Under the pieces are notes generated by a model. The model saw nothing but the letters and a program-made list of their open reading frames with translations, did no database searches and was not told the DNA's origin. This document shows, one piece after another, positions 24,097 to 37,272 of a DNA stretch of 64,000 nucleotides. The number at the start of each line of letters is the position of its first letter. Position 1 is the stretch's first letter. Source of the stretch: Amphiscolops sp. MND2022 (lineage: Eukaryota); contig OZ076409.1 in the NCBI GenBank assembly GCA_964187785.1, forward strand, positions 53,384,001-53,448,000. The letters are read 5' to 3'. Made by a program: the position numbers and the translations under genes.

Positions 24097-24349
24097 TGAG
24101 TCGAGGTCCAGTGCAGTTAGCGCAGTTCACTCTGGAGTCAGTGGAGCTGACCAACACGACCTTTTCCTTTTCCACTGGGTCATTCATCCAGCTGCAGGTC
24201 AAGTTCAACCTCAAGAGAGACCTTCTCTTTTTCATTCTACAGAGCTACGTGCCTTCCACCTTCATCGTCATGTGCTCATACGTCGCCTTCTGGATAAACA
24301 GAGATGGAATCCCTGGAAGGGCTTGTCTCTCCATAACCACAGTTCTCAG
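24097..24349 (+). CDS. Exon of anion-type Cys-loop ligand-gated channel subunit (gene 1): loop C, M1, first half of M2
   Basis: CAG acceptor and AG|GTAGG donor; LAQF...TGSFIQLQVKFNLKR...ILQSYVPSTFIVMCSYVAFWINRDGIPGRACLSITTVL matches the GABA-A/GlyR pattern. Confidence 0.93.
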
Positions 24350-24471
24350 GTAGGCCCATTTTAAACATGCCTTTCCATGCATGACTACGGCAAAGCCTGG
24401 ATCAGATCAATTGAATTCAAAGCGACGTCAATTGGATTGAAACCTCTTTGAACCTCAAACTATTCAAGAAT

Positions 24472-24871
24472 AAACAAGACGCCCGCTAAGCACCGGGATA
24501 TTTTCCGCCCTGTTCGCCTTCACCAACTGAGCCATAGCTATTTTGGGAGGGAATAGGATCTAAAGAATAAGATCTAAAATTTAGTGATTTTAGATCTTAT
24601 TCCTTTTAGATCTTATTCCAGCCCTGAAATTTTAGATCTTATTCCCTTTAGATCTTATTCCCTTTTTTGACTTTAGATATTATTCCCGCTGTATGCTATT
24701 TTAGTTACTTGACTATTTTAGTTACTAGTAGCTATATAAAATAGTCAAGTAATCAAGAGGTGGAGATTGTAGAGATTTGGCAAAATTTGGAAAAAAACGC
24801 AGACAGGCATTTTAGTGTAAAAAGAGGAGACAAAGAAACACAACGCTGCTATTTTTCTTGGAAAACAAAAA
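24472..24871 (-). mobile_element. HINE family B copy containing TAGATCTTATTCC repeats
   Basis: AAACAAGACGCCCGCTAAGC end shared with 9791; subTIR TATTTTCCGC; degenerate far end TATTTTTCTTGGAAAAC; A-box-like TGGCTCAGTTGG on the minus strand. Confidence 0.55.
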
Positions 24872-25527
24872 TTATTTCATGGCAATGGAGCAGATTCTAT
24901 GGAAAGCCTTGATAAATAACTTGGGAGTAGAAATTAGAACACAATAGACATGCTCTTTAATGCCGAGTAGTACAAACCATAACATAATACCGATCACACT
25001 GCAAAAATTAGTTTGTCAATATGCAAAAAGGAAAACGAAATGCGGACTCTCAGTTTTTTATTAGGATTTTCGCCCCATCACAGTCGAAAAAACTTTCATT
25101 TGAAATTACTGCCCGGTTTTATCCGGTTATCAAGTTGCTTGGAAGATGAATCCTAGGTTTGATGGCAACTTCAAGCTTCAAATTGTACAGGTTTTTAAAA
25201 GCAGCAGTTCGTTTCAATTCATTCACAATGTAAACTTTAAACTAACGTCTTCTTCAGCGTTCTATTTGAAAACCGGTTATTACTTCAGATGGGGAACTGT
25301 TTTAGACTTCAGTTTCAATGGTGGGAACTGCAGCGTAATTCTACAAAATTCTACACACAGACAAACGTTCATTGAGTACGGTCGCGCGTGTTCTTAGCAA
25401 ACTTTTTATCATTGTTACGTAATCATTCAAAGTTTTTTATGAACTTTTAACCGCTGTATCGTTTGCCAACTTTTCGAACCGTCATTTTTACCATTATTTC
25501 TCGACATTTCTTTATTAACCAAGCAAA

Positions 25528-28500
25528 ATGCCAACTAAGCAACAACAAGAAGACAGAATCAAGGAACTAGAGCAGCAAATTGACCAACTGAAAGAAGAAT
25601 TACGGCAACTTGAAACAAGTGAGATAGTTTCGAATGAAGATTCTTCTTCACGATTCTTCCCAAAACCTATTCCTAACTGGCAAAAAAAATTTAGTTATTT
25701 ACCTGGTACCTCAAGGGTGAAACATCTTAAGAGTAAATGGGTTGGGGCTACAGTCCACAGTTATAGGGGAGCGACCTTTGATGAGTTAGCAGATGTAATC
25801 TCCAGATACCAAAAAATGAAACTATCCCAGGTTATTATTATTATTGGAGGGTTTAATGAGAACAAACGAACGAATACCTTGAAAGGAACAAATTACTGGG
25901 CCCAATGCAATTTGGGTTCCGAACAAAATATTCAACAACGGATGCATTACTCTTCGCTACGGAAAATATAAGAAAGGATCTAGATGCCAATCGAAGCACA
26001 GCAGCCGCTTTCTTAGACCTATCTAAAGCATTCAATTCGATGTCTCATGAAATCCTTTTAAAAAATTGCACCCTCTCATTTCCGATGAAAAGTCAATCGA
26101 AATGATGAAGAGTTTTTTAACCGTAAGATGTCAAATGGTTAAATTATCCACATGTAACTCAGATTGGATTCGACTACACCAAGGTGTTCCACAAGGAACA
26201 GTTCTCGGACCACTTCTTTTCAACATCTATGTTAATGACATGCAACAATCTGTCATGGAAAATTGTAACCTAATCCAACATGCAGATGATACTATAATCG
26301 TTAGTTCACATAACGATCTAACGGAAGCTCGTAATAATTTACAACAAACAATAGAAAGCCTTGTCATTTTCTTCGAGAGTCACCAGTTAACAATCAATGC
26401 AGACAAAACGGAGTTTATCTGTTTTTGTAAACCATCTAAAAACGATTTTGCCAGAAATCTTACCTTGAAGATTAAAAATCAAATTATCAATACATCAATA
26501 ACTGTGAAATACTTAGGCGTTTCTCTGGGCCAGAATTTGAAATTTCAAGACGAAGTGAAAAACATCCTCCGGAAAATGGCTACCGGCATCAAAACACTTT
26601 ATGGGATACGTGATACTTTTCCAATTGCGACACGTTTATTATTACTCAATGCCTTAGTTCTTAGTTACCTACATTATTCTGCTATCCTACTAACTGGCAT
26701 CACTGAAAACTTGATTACAACTCTCGAAAAACAGTTGAATTAAGAAATTCAACGAATCTCAAAATACGACATAAAATCCTCCCTGTCCGATATTTTTTTA
26801 GATTATAAATGCCTTTCATACCTTTGGAAATATAAAAATAACTTGATTCCCAGCTTTTAATAACAAGCTACAATTTCTGACTGCAAAGATAATGATACAT
26901 AAGAGAACACAAACTGAATACTCAAATATGACAATAAGATCTGAAATTCTTCGCAACTGTTTCTTTATAAAAACACTACCCTTGTGGAACACTCTACCGA
27001 GAAATATGATAAAGGAGAAATTCGCATACGAAACCATGAAAAAAATCCAATCTTTTCTTCTCAAAAGATACGAAAATGAAATAGACCGACCACAATATGG
27101 AATAAAATATTGGAGTGTTTACCGATTTACATAATTTGTCCCCATACTCACCCCCTTTTACATACCTTCAATTACGCTTAATAACACTTATATTGTTTAT
27201 ATACACTGCCTCTTGAAATGCAATGACATTTTTAATACTATTTCAAGTTGGAAATACAGTGTTTTTTTTAAAAAAATTGCCACCGGTAACTCGCTAAAAA
27301 GTGTCGTAGAGTGGTTTGAAAAGATTTTATACTCTTATCAGTTCAATTCAGGTTTTCGTTTTATTTCATTATGGTCCGTACAATACAGTAAAATAAAATT
27401 GAAAATAATAGTTGACACCAGTTAAAATACAAGTCCATTATGTAAGAGTTTACTTTAGTTCTTTCAACGGTCATTGGTAACGCATATTGAAAGTTTCTAT
27501 TCTTCGGTGTTACATAACCGAACCTCGGAACCAATGAAACTGAAGTAGCTTCTTCGGTAACGAACGGTAGATGTTTACCGAATAACAACAAGTGACGATG
27601 ACGTCACCACATCCCCTCTTTCAGTTGCCTCATGCGGATCCTGCTTGATAGTTCTGGGTTTGTGTCCGTAATCGTTTCGGTCTATCATTGGTTACTGCGG
27701 TATGTTCTTCGGTCAGCACCGGACTCAAGTTATCGGGGTTACTAGTCTTCGGGTTGACTGGATCTTGAATACCATCTTTTCCAATGTTCGGCTGAGGCTC
27801 CGCTTTTACTACGCTTGATGATGGTAGCGGTGCGATTTGTACGGTTGTTGTCATGAAGCCAGGCCGTGTTTCGTCCTTTCCGTATAATGTAGGTCAGTTC
27901 TTTCGGCTCATGGTTTGAAGTAGGTTTGTACATCACTTTTTCATCAACTTCATAAATTCCAACAACAGGGTTTCTCAAGTTTTTTTCCAAGCAACAATTT
28001 GGCTGGAGTGTCACCTCTCGCTTTAGAAGAATTTCGATGACAGAACAAAACTTTATCAATAGAAGTAGTCAATGAACAACCAATGTCTTTATCGTAAAAA
28101 TTTCAGGTTTTTTTCAATGTTTGAACAGCTCTCTCGGCCAGTCCATTGCTTCTCCGTGAATACAAAGGTGTGTCAATCTTTTTGCATCCTTGTGCTGCCA
28201 ACCAGTCTCTTAGGTCTTTGGATACAAACTCCTTTCCGTTATCGGACACAACCGTATATGGTATTCCAAACCGAGAAAAGATTGTTCGGAGACATCTGAC
28301 TACGTTCCGCGTTGATCGATCCATGCACGGGAAAGCTTCCAGCCAACCGGACCCAGCATCAGCAATGATCAGAATGTTACCGTGTTCTGCTTCATAAAGC
28401 CAGTCCATATGCAGTCTTTCCCATGGAGCGCATTCCCATTCGTCAGTAGAATCAGTCAGTCGCGGTCGGTTTTTGCTGCATTCGAAGCAAATTTTTACAA

Positions 28501-31500
28501 ATTGTTCGATATCGTTGTCCATAAACGGCCACTACGCATTATTTTGTCACCAAGTTTTTCAAAGCATTGATTCCTTGATGGACGTCGTAAAGTTTTTCAA
28601 CACTTGTTTTCGGAATGTAATTGCTATAGAAACTCTTGGTCCATTATATATCAAGTCATTTTGTACTGTTAATGCATTTGAAACATTCATAAAAGATTTC
28701 TCCATTTTGGTACAGTTTTTCCAATTACCGGTTTGGAATCGGTTGATCATCCGTTTTGTGAACTCATTCGATTGCAACTCTTTCCGTTACTTCTCGGCAT
28801 CAACCACGGGTTTCTCAAATGTAGCCATTGCTACCGCAACTAAGTCGTCTTCATCGTCTTTGAACCGTAAGCGTGACATTGCATCGGCATGACCAACATC
28901 TTGACCGGGATTGTATTGTACATCATTGTCATAGGCCATCAGGGTTATTGCCCCTCGCGCAAGTCTCGCTGATAAAACTTTCGGTATCTGGTTGCTCGGA
29001 TTGAAGATATATTGTAGTGGCTTGTGATCTGTTCTCAAAGTGAACTTCCTCCCCAATAGAAATTGTCGAAGTCGTGTCACTGCGAACACTACAGCAAGCG
29101 CTTTCCGTTCAATGTTGCTGTATTTCTGTTCTGCCGATGTCAAGTTTCGAGATATGTAGATAACCGGGTGATCATTCTGCGTAAATACAGCACCAATTGT
29201 TTTTTCGGATGCATCCGTTGTGAGAGTCACTTCTTTATCCAATGAGTACGGTTGTACCAATGGTTCACTTGTAAGCTCATCTACCAGTGACTGGAATGCC
29301 CTTTGACATTCATCGGTCCACTTGAAAGGTTTATCTTTTTGCCGGAGTTCATTGTAACACCGCGTCTTGGCCGCATAGTTCGGAATCATTTGCCCAAAGT
29401 AGTTGAAATGTCCGATAAAAGCTTCAATTTCTTTGACATCCTTCGGTGGCTGCAGTTGAAGAAGTTTTTGAACGTGCTTCTGTTCTGGCTTTACTCCTTC
29501 CGATGAAATTTCATAGCCCAAAAAGAATAACGTTGTCGAGAATGATACGCACTTGTCTTCATTTACGGTGAAGTTCTTTGCTGCCAGCCGTTCTTTGACC
29601 GCATTGTATCTTTTCCGGAGTTCGGCCTCGGTTACACCGAACAACAAGATATCGTCTTGATTTGCGACGCAACCATCCAGTTCTTTGAGCACTTCCTCGA
29701 TAGCTTGTTGGAAAATCGCCGCTGCATTTTTCAATCCTTGTTGTAACCGGGTGACTCGAAATAGGCCTCGGGTTGTATTCACCGTACACACATATTGCGA
29801 TTTTTCATCAAGTGGAAATTGCCAATAAGCATTAGATTGATCAATTTTCGCAAAGAATTTAGCGCCTGACACTTTTGAGAAAATGGTTTCAATACAAGAG
29901 AGGGGGTAGGTTTCGGTACTAATTTTATCAATTACATGTACGGGGAACAATTGTCTACACCACCGGCTTCAACCGGTTTAAGAATTCCCAACAACAGTAA
30001 TTCATCAATGGTTTTATTGACTTTCCGTTCAAGTGGCAACGGTACCTTCCGTGCCGCGCAAAACATTGGTCTAGCATCGGGTTTCAATTTAATGGAAGCT
30101 TTAGCACCTTTCACTGTTGGTAGCTTTTCGGATGCTTCTGCTTTGAAGCACTGGTTAATGGACTCTTTGCTATTATTTATTATATCACGTCCCAATAAAC
30201 CAAAATTTCTATCAGCATCAACAACAGCAATCTTTACATTAAGCTCTTTGTTATTATAAAACACTGTTGAGAAGAAAGCACCGAGATATTTTATTTTATG
30301 TTTGTCATATGTTTCAATTCCCGTGTTCTTTTCTTCAAGTTTCGGTTGTCCAATCTGCTTCCACAGCTTCTTTGAAATCGGCGTCAGTGATGCTCCAGTG
30401 TCTTTCATTGATGTTATTTCTTTACCATTCACTTTTATTTTCTCCATTGTACCATTCTTGATGTAGTCGGTGTGCCCAATAAAATACGAATAATCGGAGG
30501 AACTGTCATTGTTTTTTTCGATATTGGCTTCTTCACGAACAAAATGATTCGTTTGTTTCTTCATACGACACATTTTTGCGAAATGGTTCGGCTTCTTGCA
30601 GTTGTTGCATCTTTTGCCGAAGGCCGGTCAACTTCTTGGTTCATGCTTCGTTCCGCATTTCGGGCATTCTTTGGCTTTGTTGTGGATGCTGGTCAAAATT
30701 TTGCCATTTCCGATTGTCTTCTTTCGTAATTGACCGTTCCGCGCAACGGAAACTGTTTCATTCGGTTCGTTCTGTTTGTTCACGAATTATACGGTTTGTT
30801 CACGCTGCTGAATAACCAACAAAATGTCGTCTATTGTAGCGTCCGGGTTTTGTTGAAGATGTTCCAACAATTTTAAATTGTGTTCGAAATTTAGTAATCC
30901 AGCAATAAAGCGTAACCGTATCATGTAAGCTTCCGGATCAGCGATAGTTTTCAAATTACTGAACTCACAATATTGTGCTGCTTCCTGCAGACGTGCCAGA
31001 AAATCTCGTGATGATTCTCCATTCCTCTGGGTAATAGCCACGAATTTTGTTTGTTCGGCAATACCAAGTCGTTTTCTCGGCTGCAGGCAATTTTCCAGTA
31101 CAGGTTCAATTTCATTGAAAGCCATTGTTTCCACTTTTTTCGGTGCAACAAGCGGTTTGAACTTCATAAGACTTTTCACACCGCAACGGAAAAGAAATTG
31201 ATCCGTTACTTGTAAATCGGCCGGTGTTGTTCCAGCTGCCAGTACAACTGCTTTATTTTCGGCTCGACATCGCGCTTTGAATGCGTCTATCCAGGCTAGA
31301 GCAGCTTCGGGTTCGTGCAGATTGAGTTACTTTTTTGTCTCGGTTGCTTGCATTTCAATATTTCTACCGAACGAACTGAATATAATCTTCTCCCTTTCGG
31401 TTGAAATGAAATAACAGTAAGAAATCTTCGGTTTCTTAAGCAATCATTTTTCAAATTTATAGGAATTTCGTTGGTCTGGACACTTTTGTCGTAGAGTGGT

Positions 31501-31915
31501 TTGAAAAGATTTTATTCTCTTATCAGTTCAGTTCAGGTTTTTGCTTTATTTCAATATGGTCCGTACAATACAGTAAAATAATATTCAAAAGCATAGTTGA
31601 GACCAATTAAAATACAAGCCTATTATGTAAGAGTTTACTTGAGTTCTTTCACCGGTCATCGGTAACGCATATTGAAAGTTTCCATTCTTCGGTGTTATTT
31701 AACCGAACCTCGGAACCAATGAAATTGAAGTAGCTTCTTCGGTAACGAACGGTAGATGTTTACCGAATAACAACAAGTGACGATGATGTCACCACAAAAA
31801 GTACCATGCATACAAGGCCGGCAGTATGTAAAACGTTCCAGCAGCCTGGACTAGGGCATTATGCTACGTGGGGACAGCTATACTACTTTGTTTCCACCTG
31901 GAAAATAGAAAATTA
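25528..31915 (+). mobile_element. Internally deleted CR1/L2-type LINE whose 3' UTR is split by a gypsy insertion
   Basis: ORF1 with a coiled coil and an SGNH-esterase-like segment (VHSYRGAT...IIIIGG), joined near 25880 directly to RT (QFGFR, DLSKAF, GVPQGTVLGPLLF, ADD). No endonuclease. The sequence resumes after 31796; the 3' boundary is approximate. Confidence 0.85.
27302..31796 (-). mobile_element. Decayed Ty3/gypsy (Mag-like) LTR retrotransposon
   Basis: 310-bp LTRs at 27302-27611 and 31487-31796, TSD AAAAG, PPT GAAAGAGGGGA. Minus-strand order is gag, PR (DTGAS), RT (NQDD for YxDD), RH (DAS, TDHKPL), IN (LHMD, SDNG, NGLAER), with frameshifts. Confidence 0.95.
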
Positions 31916-32004
31916 GAACATAGGATGTTTCGATCAATATGGTTTTTTGAGCATCTAATATTCAATATAATATGTCTAGTGGAATGTATTCCCAATCTTG
32001 GTCA

Positions 32005-32699
32005 TTTTTAGTCGGCGCTTCATGGAGTGAATCGCGACTATTATAGTGACTCTTTTTTTCTATCCACACGAACTGGCCAAAATTGTCCCTAAATGTTCTA
32101 CAAAATATTATTGCACCAAATTGCACCATTTGGCCTGGCGAACTGAACCAAAAAGGTTTTTCCTGTTTTTCCGCGTAGCATACCATACCGGGCGAGACCA
32201 AAGGGTCTCCCCTTCAAGTTTTTTTTTTCGACATTGTGAGACTTTAAAAAAAATTCCCCAAAGGGACCGCCCTTCAATTTTTCGATGTTTTGCGACAGAA
32301 TGGATGTTGAAAAATCCCAAAGTGACCCCCCGTTCAGTTTTTTCCTGCATTGTGAGACTTTTTTCGAAAAAATTTTTTCATTTCACTAAAGGGTCCTCCC
32401 TTCAATTTTTTTGATATTTTACAACTTATTGGGTGTTTAAAAAACCCAAAGGGTCCCCCTTTCAGTTTTTGGGCATTGTGAGACTTTTTTTCGAAAATTT
32501 GTTTTTTTTTCTCCAAAGAGTCCCCCCTTCCACTGCGACAAAAATGCTGACAATTTCGGAAGTGGCTCCTTTTTAGCGCGCCACTCGGTCCATTTTTTTG
32601 CTTTTTCGATTTTCGAGTACTGTAAATTGACTCTTGGAAGTCTTTTTGCTATTTTTCAGCCTTGGATATGGCGCCGACTTTGGCCGGTCGCGGCTTGTT
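32005..32699 (+). mobile_element. HINE family A copy
   Basis: TTTTT-AGTCGGCGC start; GGCGCCGACT plus GCCG-N4-CGGC-TTGTT end; internal TTGTGAGACTTTT and AAGGGTCCCCC repeats. Confidence 0.8.
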
Positions 32700-35634
32700 A
32701 TGTAATACATCTAAGTTCAGTGTAGGCCAATTACATCTTAGTCGGCTTTTTCTAAAAAAAGTGCACAACTCTTACAGCACCAATTTTGTTCTTTTTACGC
32801 CAAACCGGGGTTAGTTATAAAAATAAATATACTTTCTTTTTGATGGCAGATAAAAACTGGTAGCTCACGAGCTCAAAAATGAACAAGAAGGGGGTACTTT
32901 ACGAACTTAGGCCTGGAAAAAAGGACCATTAGACTCCAAATAATGATTGTATTATAAAAAAATAGCTATATGCAGAGGCAATTAGAATTCAATCCGTCTT
33001 GGCGCTATTAGCAGCTGCTAATTGAGTCTCAGGGTCTGTCGCGCCAGCCTGATGGAAATATATACATCTAGTATTATATATAATGTGCATTATAGGTCTT
33101 ACGTACTTGTTTATGGGCAATATGAAGCCATATAATACCATTCATGGTTGTGCGGTACTTTACTTTACTATCCTAATCCCCTACCCTGAGCTTGAGATAT
33201 TTATTACGTATTTTGAGCCTCCAAAATCAATACTGTGTAAAAATGATTGAAATACAGATCAAAACCCTAGCAGAATGTGAGTCACGAGAAAGAGGAAAGC
33301 CAAAACACTGAAATTGTGAAAACCGATGGTAAAACGATGAAAAATGTACCTGACTACAAGTTGAACCTCACAACGAGCTGCCACGACTTATTATAAATCT
33401 CATCACTGTCCCATCTCATGAGCGATGCAGTTGGTGAAAATGTTTTATCACAATGTAAAAATGATGTATTTCCCTCATCGCTTACATATACCAACTGTTG
33501 TAAACAGTTTATTACACTCCATCGTTTATACAAATCCCTAATTGAATACTCTCATTATATTATCGACAATGAAACAACGATGAAATTCCTTCATCGTCCT
33601 TTCATTGAGTGCTCCATCACACACTTATGATGATCAAACGATGAATTTCCCTTTCACTCCATCCTGACACCCTATTTCCTATGAAACATACTTGAAAGGT
33701 AGAAAAACGATGTCCAAATGACGGATTTCATTTCTTGAATTAGTTATCATGGTGAAAGCATCGCTTTTGTATCTATCATTTAATTCGATATAGTTTACGT
33801 CATGGCTACCTAAAATCTAAGATTTCACATCTCTCATTACAATACACATGCCGCAACGAACTAGTAGGATCTTGCTAGTTCGATTAACAGCCAATGAAAA
33901 CGCGTTATTATTCTAAATAGGCGTTACATGTTTTGCTCGTTACGCTGTGTGATTTGGCGTTACGCGTAGTGATCAAAATACAGTAAATGACTACTTTACA
34001 CTCTCTGCAATTACGTACTTTGACTGGTTTCCACTTCACACACGAACTTGCTGAACTCAATCACCTTACAATGACTCAAAGGAGCTAATTATCCAAAACT
34101 GTTCGAACTAATTATATTTTCATGCAAATTGATTTAAAAGTAACTTTGGCGCGCAATTTGCAGTAGGTAGCCCCACTACGTAATTGATGGTAACCAAACA
34201 CGTTCACGCGACCAAACACTACTCAGCACTTCGTTGGTAAACCAATGAGAGTGCACGGTGGTAAGAAAATCATCTTACCACCTACCGACAGGAGGCTACC
34301 GGCTAATCACCATTGAACTAAATTGTACGTTGCTGTTCAGACTATCTTGCTAACTCTCTTTGACTGCAAAATTTAGTGATATGCTCACAATTTCTACAAT
34401 TTAACACTTATGAGCTTATGAAATTTGTTGGAAGAATAAAAAGTTTCAGATATTTGCTTTCGAAAATTAGGTTTTTTGATGTTTCGAGTATATTTGGCGC
34501 TGTAAATTAGATTATATTTACACAATTAAGTCTCGTATTCTCATATTCTTAATCTTTTGCTCTTTTTGAACATTTACCTTGAGCGAAGCGCCAATTTCGG
34601 CCATTCCCTGCTCGTTTGAATTAATCAGTTAACTTTTGATACTTGAATCTCTCCTCACTTTAATTAATAACTGCTTACAGTTCCGTCGAAACATGTCATG
34701 GCGTCCGAAAGCTATTCGGATACCATAGTAGTTTTGCTGATGTTTTGGAAGCTTGCCATGTGAGAAGTCGACCTCAATATCACAACTTTTAACACTTCAA
34801 ATTTACAGCAGGAGTTTTTGACACTTGAAAATTCTGTAAGAACAATAACTATTTTGATTAGGCAATCATGGGTTTGTTACAAATCTATCTTATCGAAATT
34901 CTTTGACTTTTGCCTGAAATGTGACGCATGTAAAACATAAATGAAACAAACATTGTTCGGAAAAGATCGAGAACATCTTAATTCAACTTACTAATTAAAT
35001 TATATTTCGACGGCATATGCGACAATCAATATGCTTCAGGCTTTTTCTAAAACAATAGGCTGTTGATTATCGAAAATTTCATAAATAATATGAACTGCTT
35101 TTCGTACACAAAAAACAGCTTTTGAAAAATTTTTTGGGAACATTCACTTCTGGCTAATGGGTTGGTAGAAAACTCAAAAATATCAAGAAGGCACGAAACC
35201 TTTATTTTGACTGTGTCGTCAAAAATGAGTTTCGGTTGTTGGAATCAGCACCCGATTTCAAATGAAAATACCAATAATTATATAACTTTTGCAGCACTTC
35301 CTGTAAACAAAGCCATATGGTATAAATGTTATTTATAGCTCTTATGATATCTCCTAATGTTGTTTGAATATCAGATTCGTTCGAAAAGCAAGTTTATATC
35401 CATCCGTGATCACAATAGTTTCGTTCATAGAAAAGTTTGATCACTGATTGAAACCTACATATCATGAAGCTCGTGCAACTTCATGCATTTAAACATGGAA
35501 GGTATGAAAGCATGGTTGCATGTATGAAATCGCAAGGAATTGCGCTGGTCATCTGATTTCAAATATTGGATAGTAGACATATCTATGAAGTCGGACCCAT
35601 GTAGTTAGCATAATTGGGAAGATCTGTTTTTCAG

Positions 35635-35969
35635 CTTGATTACTCTGATTGGTTCAACGAACGCCGAACTTCCAAACGTCTCTACAGTGAAAGCACTAGA
35701 CATATATTTCGGGATCTGTTTTCTCTTCGTTTTTGGCGGCCTCCTGGAGTTCGCGACAGTCATTTACCTGGCCATGTTAGAGAAGCAGGAGAATGCAGAA
35801 ATTAAGGCCAAGAAAGAGAAAGCTCATCAGTACCTGGAAATGTTGAGTAAAAGAAAGGAGACGCAATTCTTGACGGAGATCCACGAGTCTTTTTCTGAAC
35901 ATCCACCAAGACGAACTAGCAGGGTCGATAGTCCACTGGATGTATCCAGCCAAGCTTTGTCTGTGATTG
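35635..35969 (+). CDS. Exon of Cys-loop channel gene 1: second half of M2, M3, cytoplasmic loop
   Basis: TTTTTCAG acceptor; phase matches the previous exon (AG|C = Ser); LPNVSTVKALDIYFGICFLFVFGGLLEFATV; G|GTTAGT donor. Confidence 0.93.
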
Positions 35970-36345
35970 GTTAGTATACAGTGAAAATTCCGTTCCTGCA
36001 ACTGTTTCATTATCATGTAAAAGCTTTGTTTCTCTGAAGTAATAAACAAGTTTAAAAGAAAAACCCTAATTCTGAAAAATGACCTGAAATCAGAGATTGA
36101 AAATTAGTGGGTGCCCGTAAATGTACGAATTGATTATTAACACTACAGTTCCTGAAGTTACTTTATTTTCATTTTTATTTTACATCCTGTACTTTGCAAT
36201 GAATCACATCCCCTCTGTCTGATTCGCTTGAATGATTCCTGATCAAGGCTGTGTTGATCATACTCTGATGTCAGTAGGGCATAGTGGGACTTTTCTAATA
36301 ATTTCTTCTGAAAAATCTTACATTTGACTAGCTAATGTGTTTTAG

Positions 36346-36515
36346 ATGAGTTCCGAGATATGCATTCCACGTTGCCGACACCGAAAGAATTCAAATCGAA
36401 GCGGAGAATAACTGCGTCCAAAATAGAACTCTGTTCACGCTTTGCTTTTCCCACTTTGTTTCTTCTCTTTGAATTAGTGTACTGGGCCTATTATGGATAT
36501 TTCCTCACCCCTTGA
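36346..36515 (+). CDS. Terminal exon of Cys-loop channel gene 1 (M4); absent from the ORF track
   Basis: GCTAA branch site and TTTTAG acceptor; phase 1 matches; ...ASKIELCSRFAFPTLFLLFELVYWAYYGYFLTP-stop fits the M4 consensus. Confidence 0.9.
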
Positions 36516-36535
36516 TAGCCTTCTTTGTGATTTGT

Positions 36536-36541
36536 AATAAA
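36536..36541 (+). promoter_or_regulatory. Candidate polyadenylation signal of gene 1
   Basis: AATAAA 20 nt after the stop codon. Confidence 0.45.
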
Positions 36542-37272
36542 TTGTCTTAATACTATTTTTTTAAAAAAAATTATGCAAAAGCCGGTGCACTTTTTAGGTC
36601 TCATTGAAAAATTCCAATTGATTTCTGCCATAGCTGAGAATACTTTTAATTTAGAAAGTAAGTAGAAGTTTTTTTAAGACTTGACGACGGGCAAGCATTT
36701 TTGCATTGCATTAAGTGTTATCTTCATACTATCTCTAGGTTCCAGACTGTAAGTGATACCATGGCCACAAGTGCTTTCTACCGGGCTATGATGTCAATGA
36801 AAAAGTGCAATGAATCATTCGGTAGTGGACTTTACAGTTCAACGCTTTTTGCAGCTTGGTTAAAAAATCATGCCTTACTGACAGTTATTGACTTCATGCA
36901 AGATGTTACGAAGTTATTAGAATTGGGTCGACTAGTCATTTGTGAAAATGAAATAAGTTACTGGCGACGGAAATCTTTTCTTCGCCTCACTTGAAGTCGC
37001 CAATTCATGCATCTGACAGATTGACTTTTTATTTTGAAATCATTTTTCTATTCGGTGCTATTTCCGATTCCGACGCAACTAACAGAGCACAATGAAATTT
37101 CTTATTTTGTCCTGGGAAATTGAGGTAAAGTTTTATTATGACCTTTTTCAACCATGTTTCACTTTCTGTTGAATGTAATGTTAGTTCCATCGGATCACGT
37201 TTGGACCCCAATGAATGGAACTCAAGAATGATTTTTTTTTCATAATAGCGATCATTTAAAATTAAATAACTA

